From positions 1-35,050 of the forward strand of contig JAGWZT010000001.1 of the NCBI GenBank assembly GCA_018971925.1: a stretch of DNA of 35,050 nt, given 5' to 3'. Positions 34,108 to 35,050 of this stretch are shown in pieces (position 1 is the stretch's first letter; every line of letters starts with the position of its first letter). The position numbers were made by a program, and so were the translations under genes. This DNA comes from Lysobacteraceae bacterium. GTDB taxonomy: Bacteria > Pseudomonadota > Gammaproteobacteria > Xanthomonadales > Rhodanobacteraceae. Under the pieces are notes generated by a model. That model worked only from the letters and a program-made list of their open reading frames with translations. It had not been told where the DNA came from and made no database searches.

Positions 34108-35050
<943 letters not shown>

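Overview
GC-rich proteobacterial chromosome segment with strong GC3 bias. Gene content and order resemble Xanthomonadales-type Gammaproteobacteria; that taxon call is inference. It reads as four blocks. (1) nt 1-13200: aa3-type cytochrome c oxidase structural genes (ctaD 3' part, ctaE) plus a long assembly set (DUF2909, SURF1, a Sco-like CxxxC protein, ctaA, cyoE/ctaB, Caa3-type CtaG, PCuAC, Sco). This block is interrupted by a secreted double retropepsin-TPR protein and a PAS-GGDEF-EAL protein. (2) nt 13389-23947: a cell-envelope glycan cluster with two GT39/ArnT-like GT-C enzymes, two tandem GT9 paralogs, a GT2, gmd-rmd, and two tandem GT4-like paralogs. (3) nt 24164-32730: conserved housekeeping genes (rsmB-fmt-def, diverging from LysM-dprA-topA-tsaC). 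(4) An orphan AMP-binding enzyme, plus the 5' part of purD, which the ORF track missed because it runs off the window. I found no rRNA, tRNA, CRISPR, transposase, integrase, phage genes or recognisable defence genes, so most of the window is ordinary core genome. The points worth a second look are: (a) a dispersed ~90-110 bp repeat family with conserved hairpin termini at three loci, one copy supplying a gene's stop codon; (b) a ~155 bp multi-hairpin element sitting in frame inside ctaA; (c) the absence of Cox11 from its usual slot alongside an alternative copper-chaperone set; (d) the single-chain double retropepsin-TPR protein; (e) the glycan cluster built from duplicated transferases, with no transporter in the window. 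All homology calls are by-eye motif recognition, and none was verified by a search.
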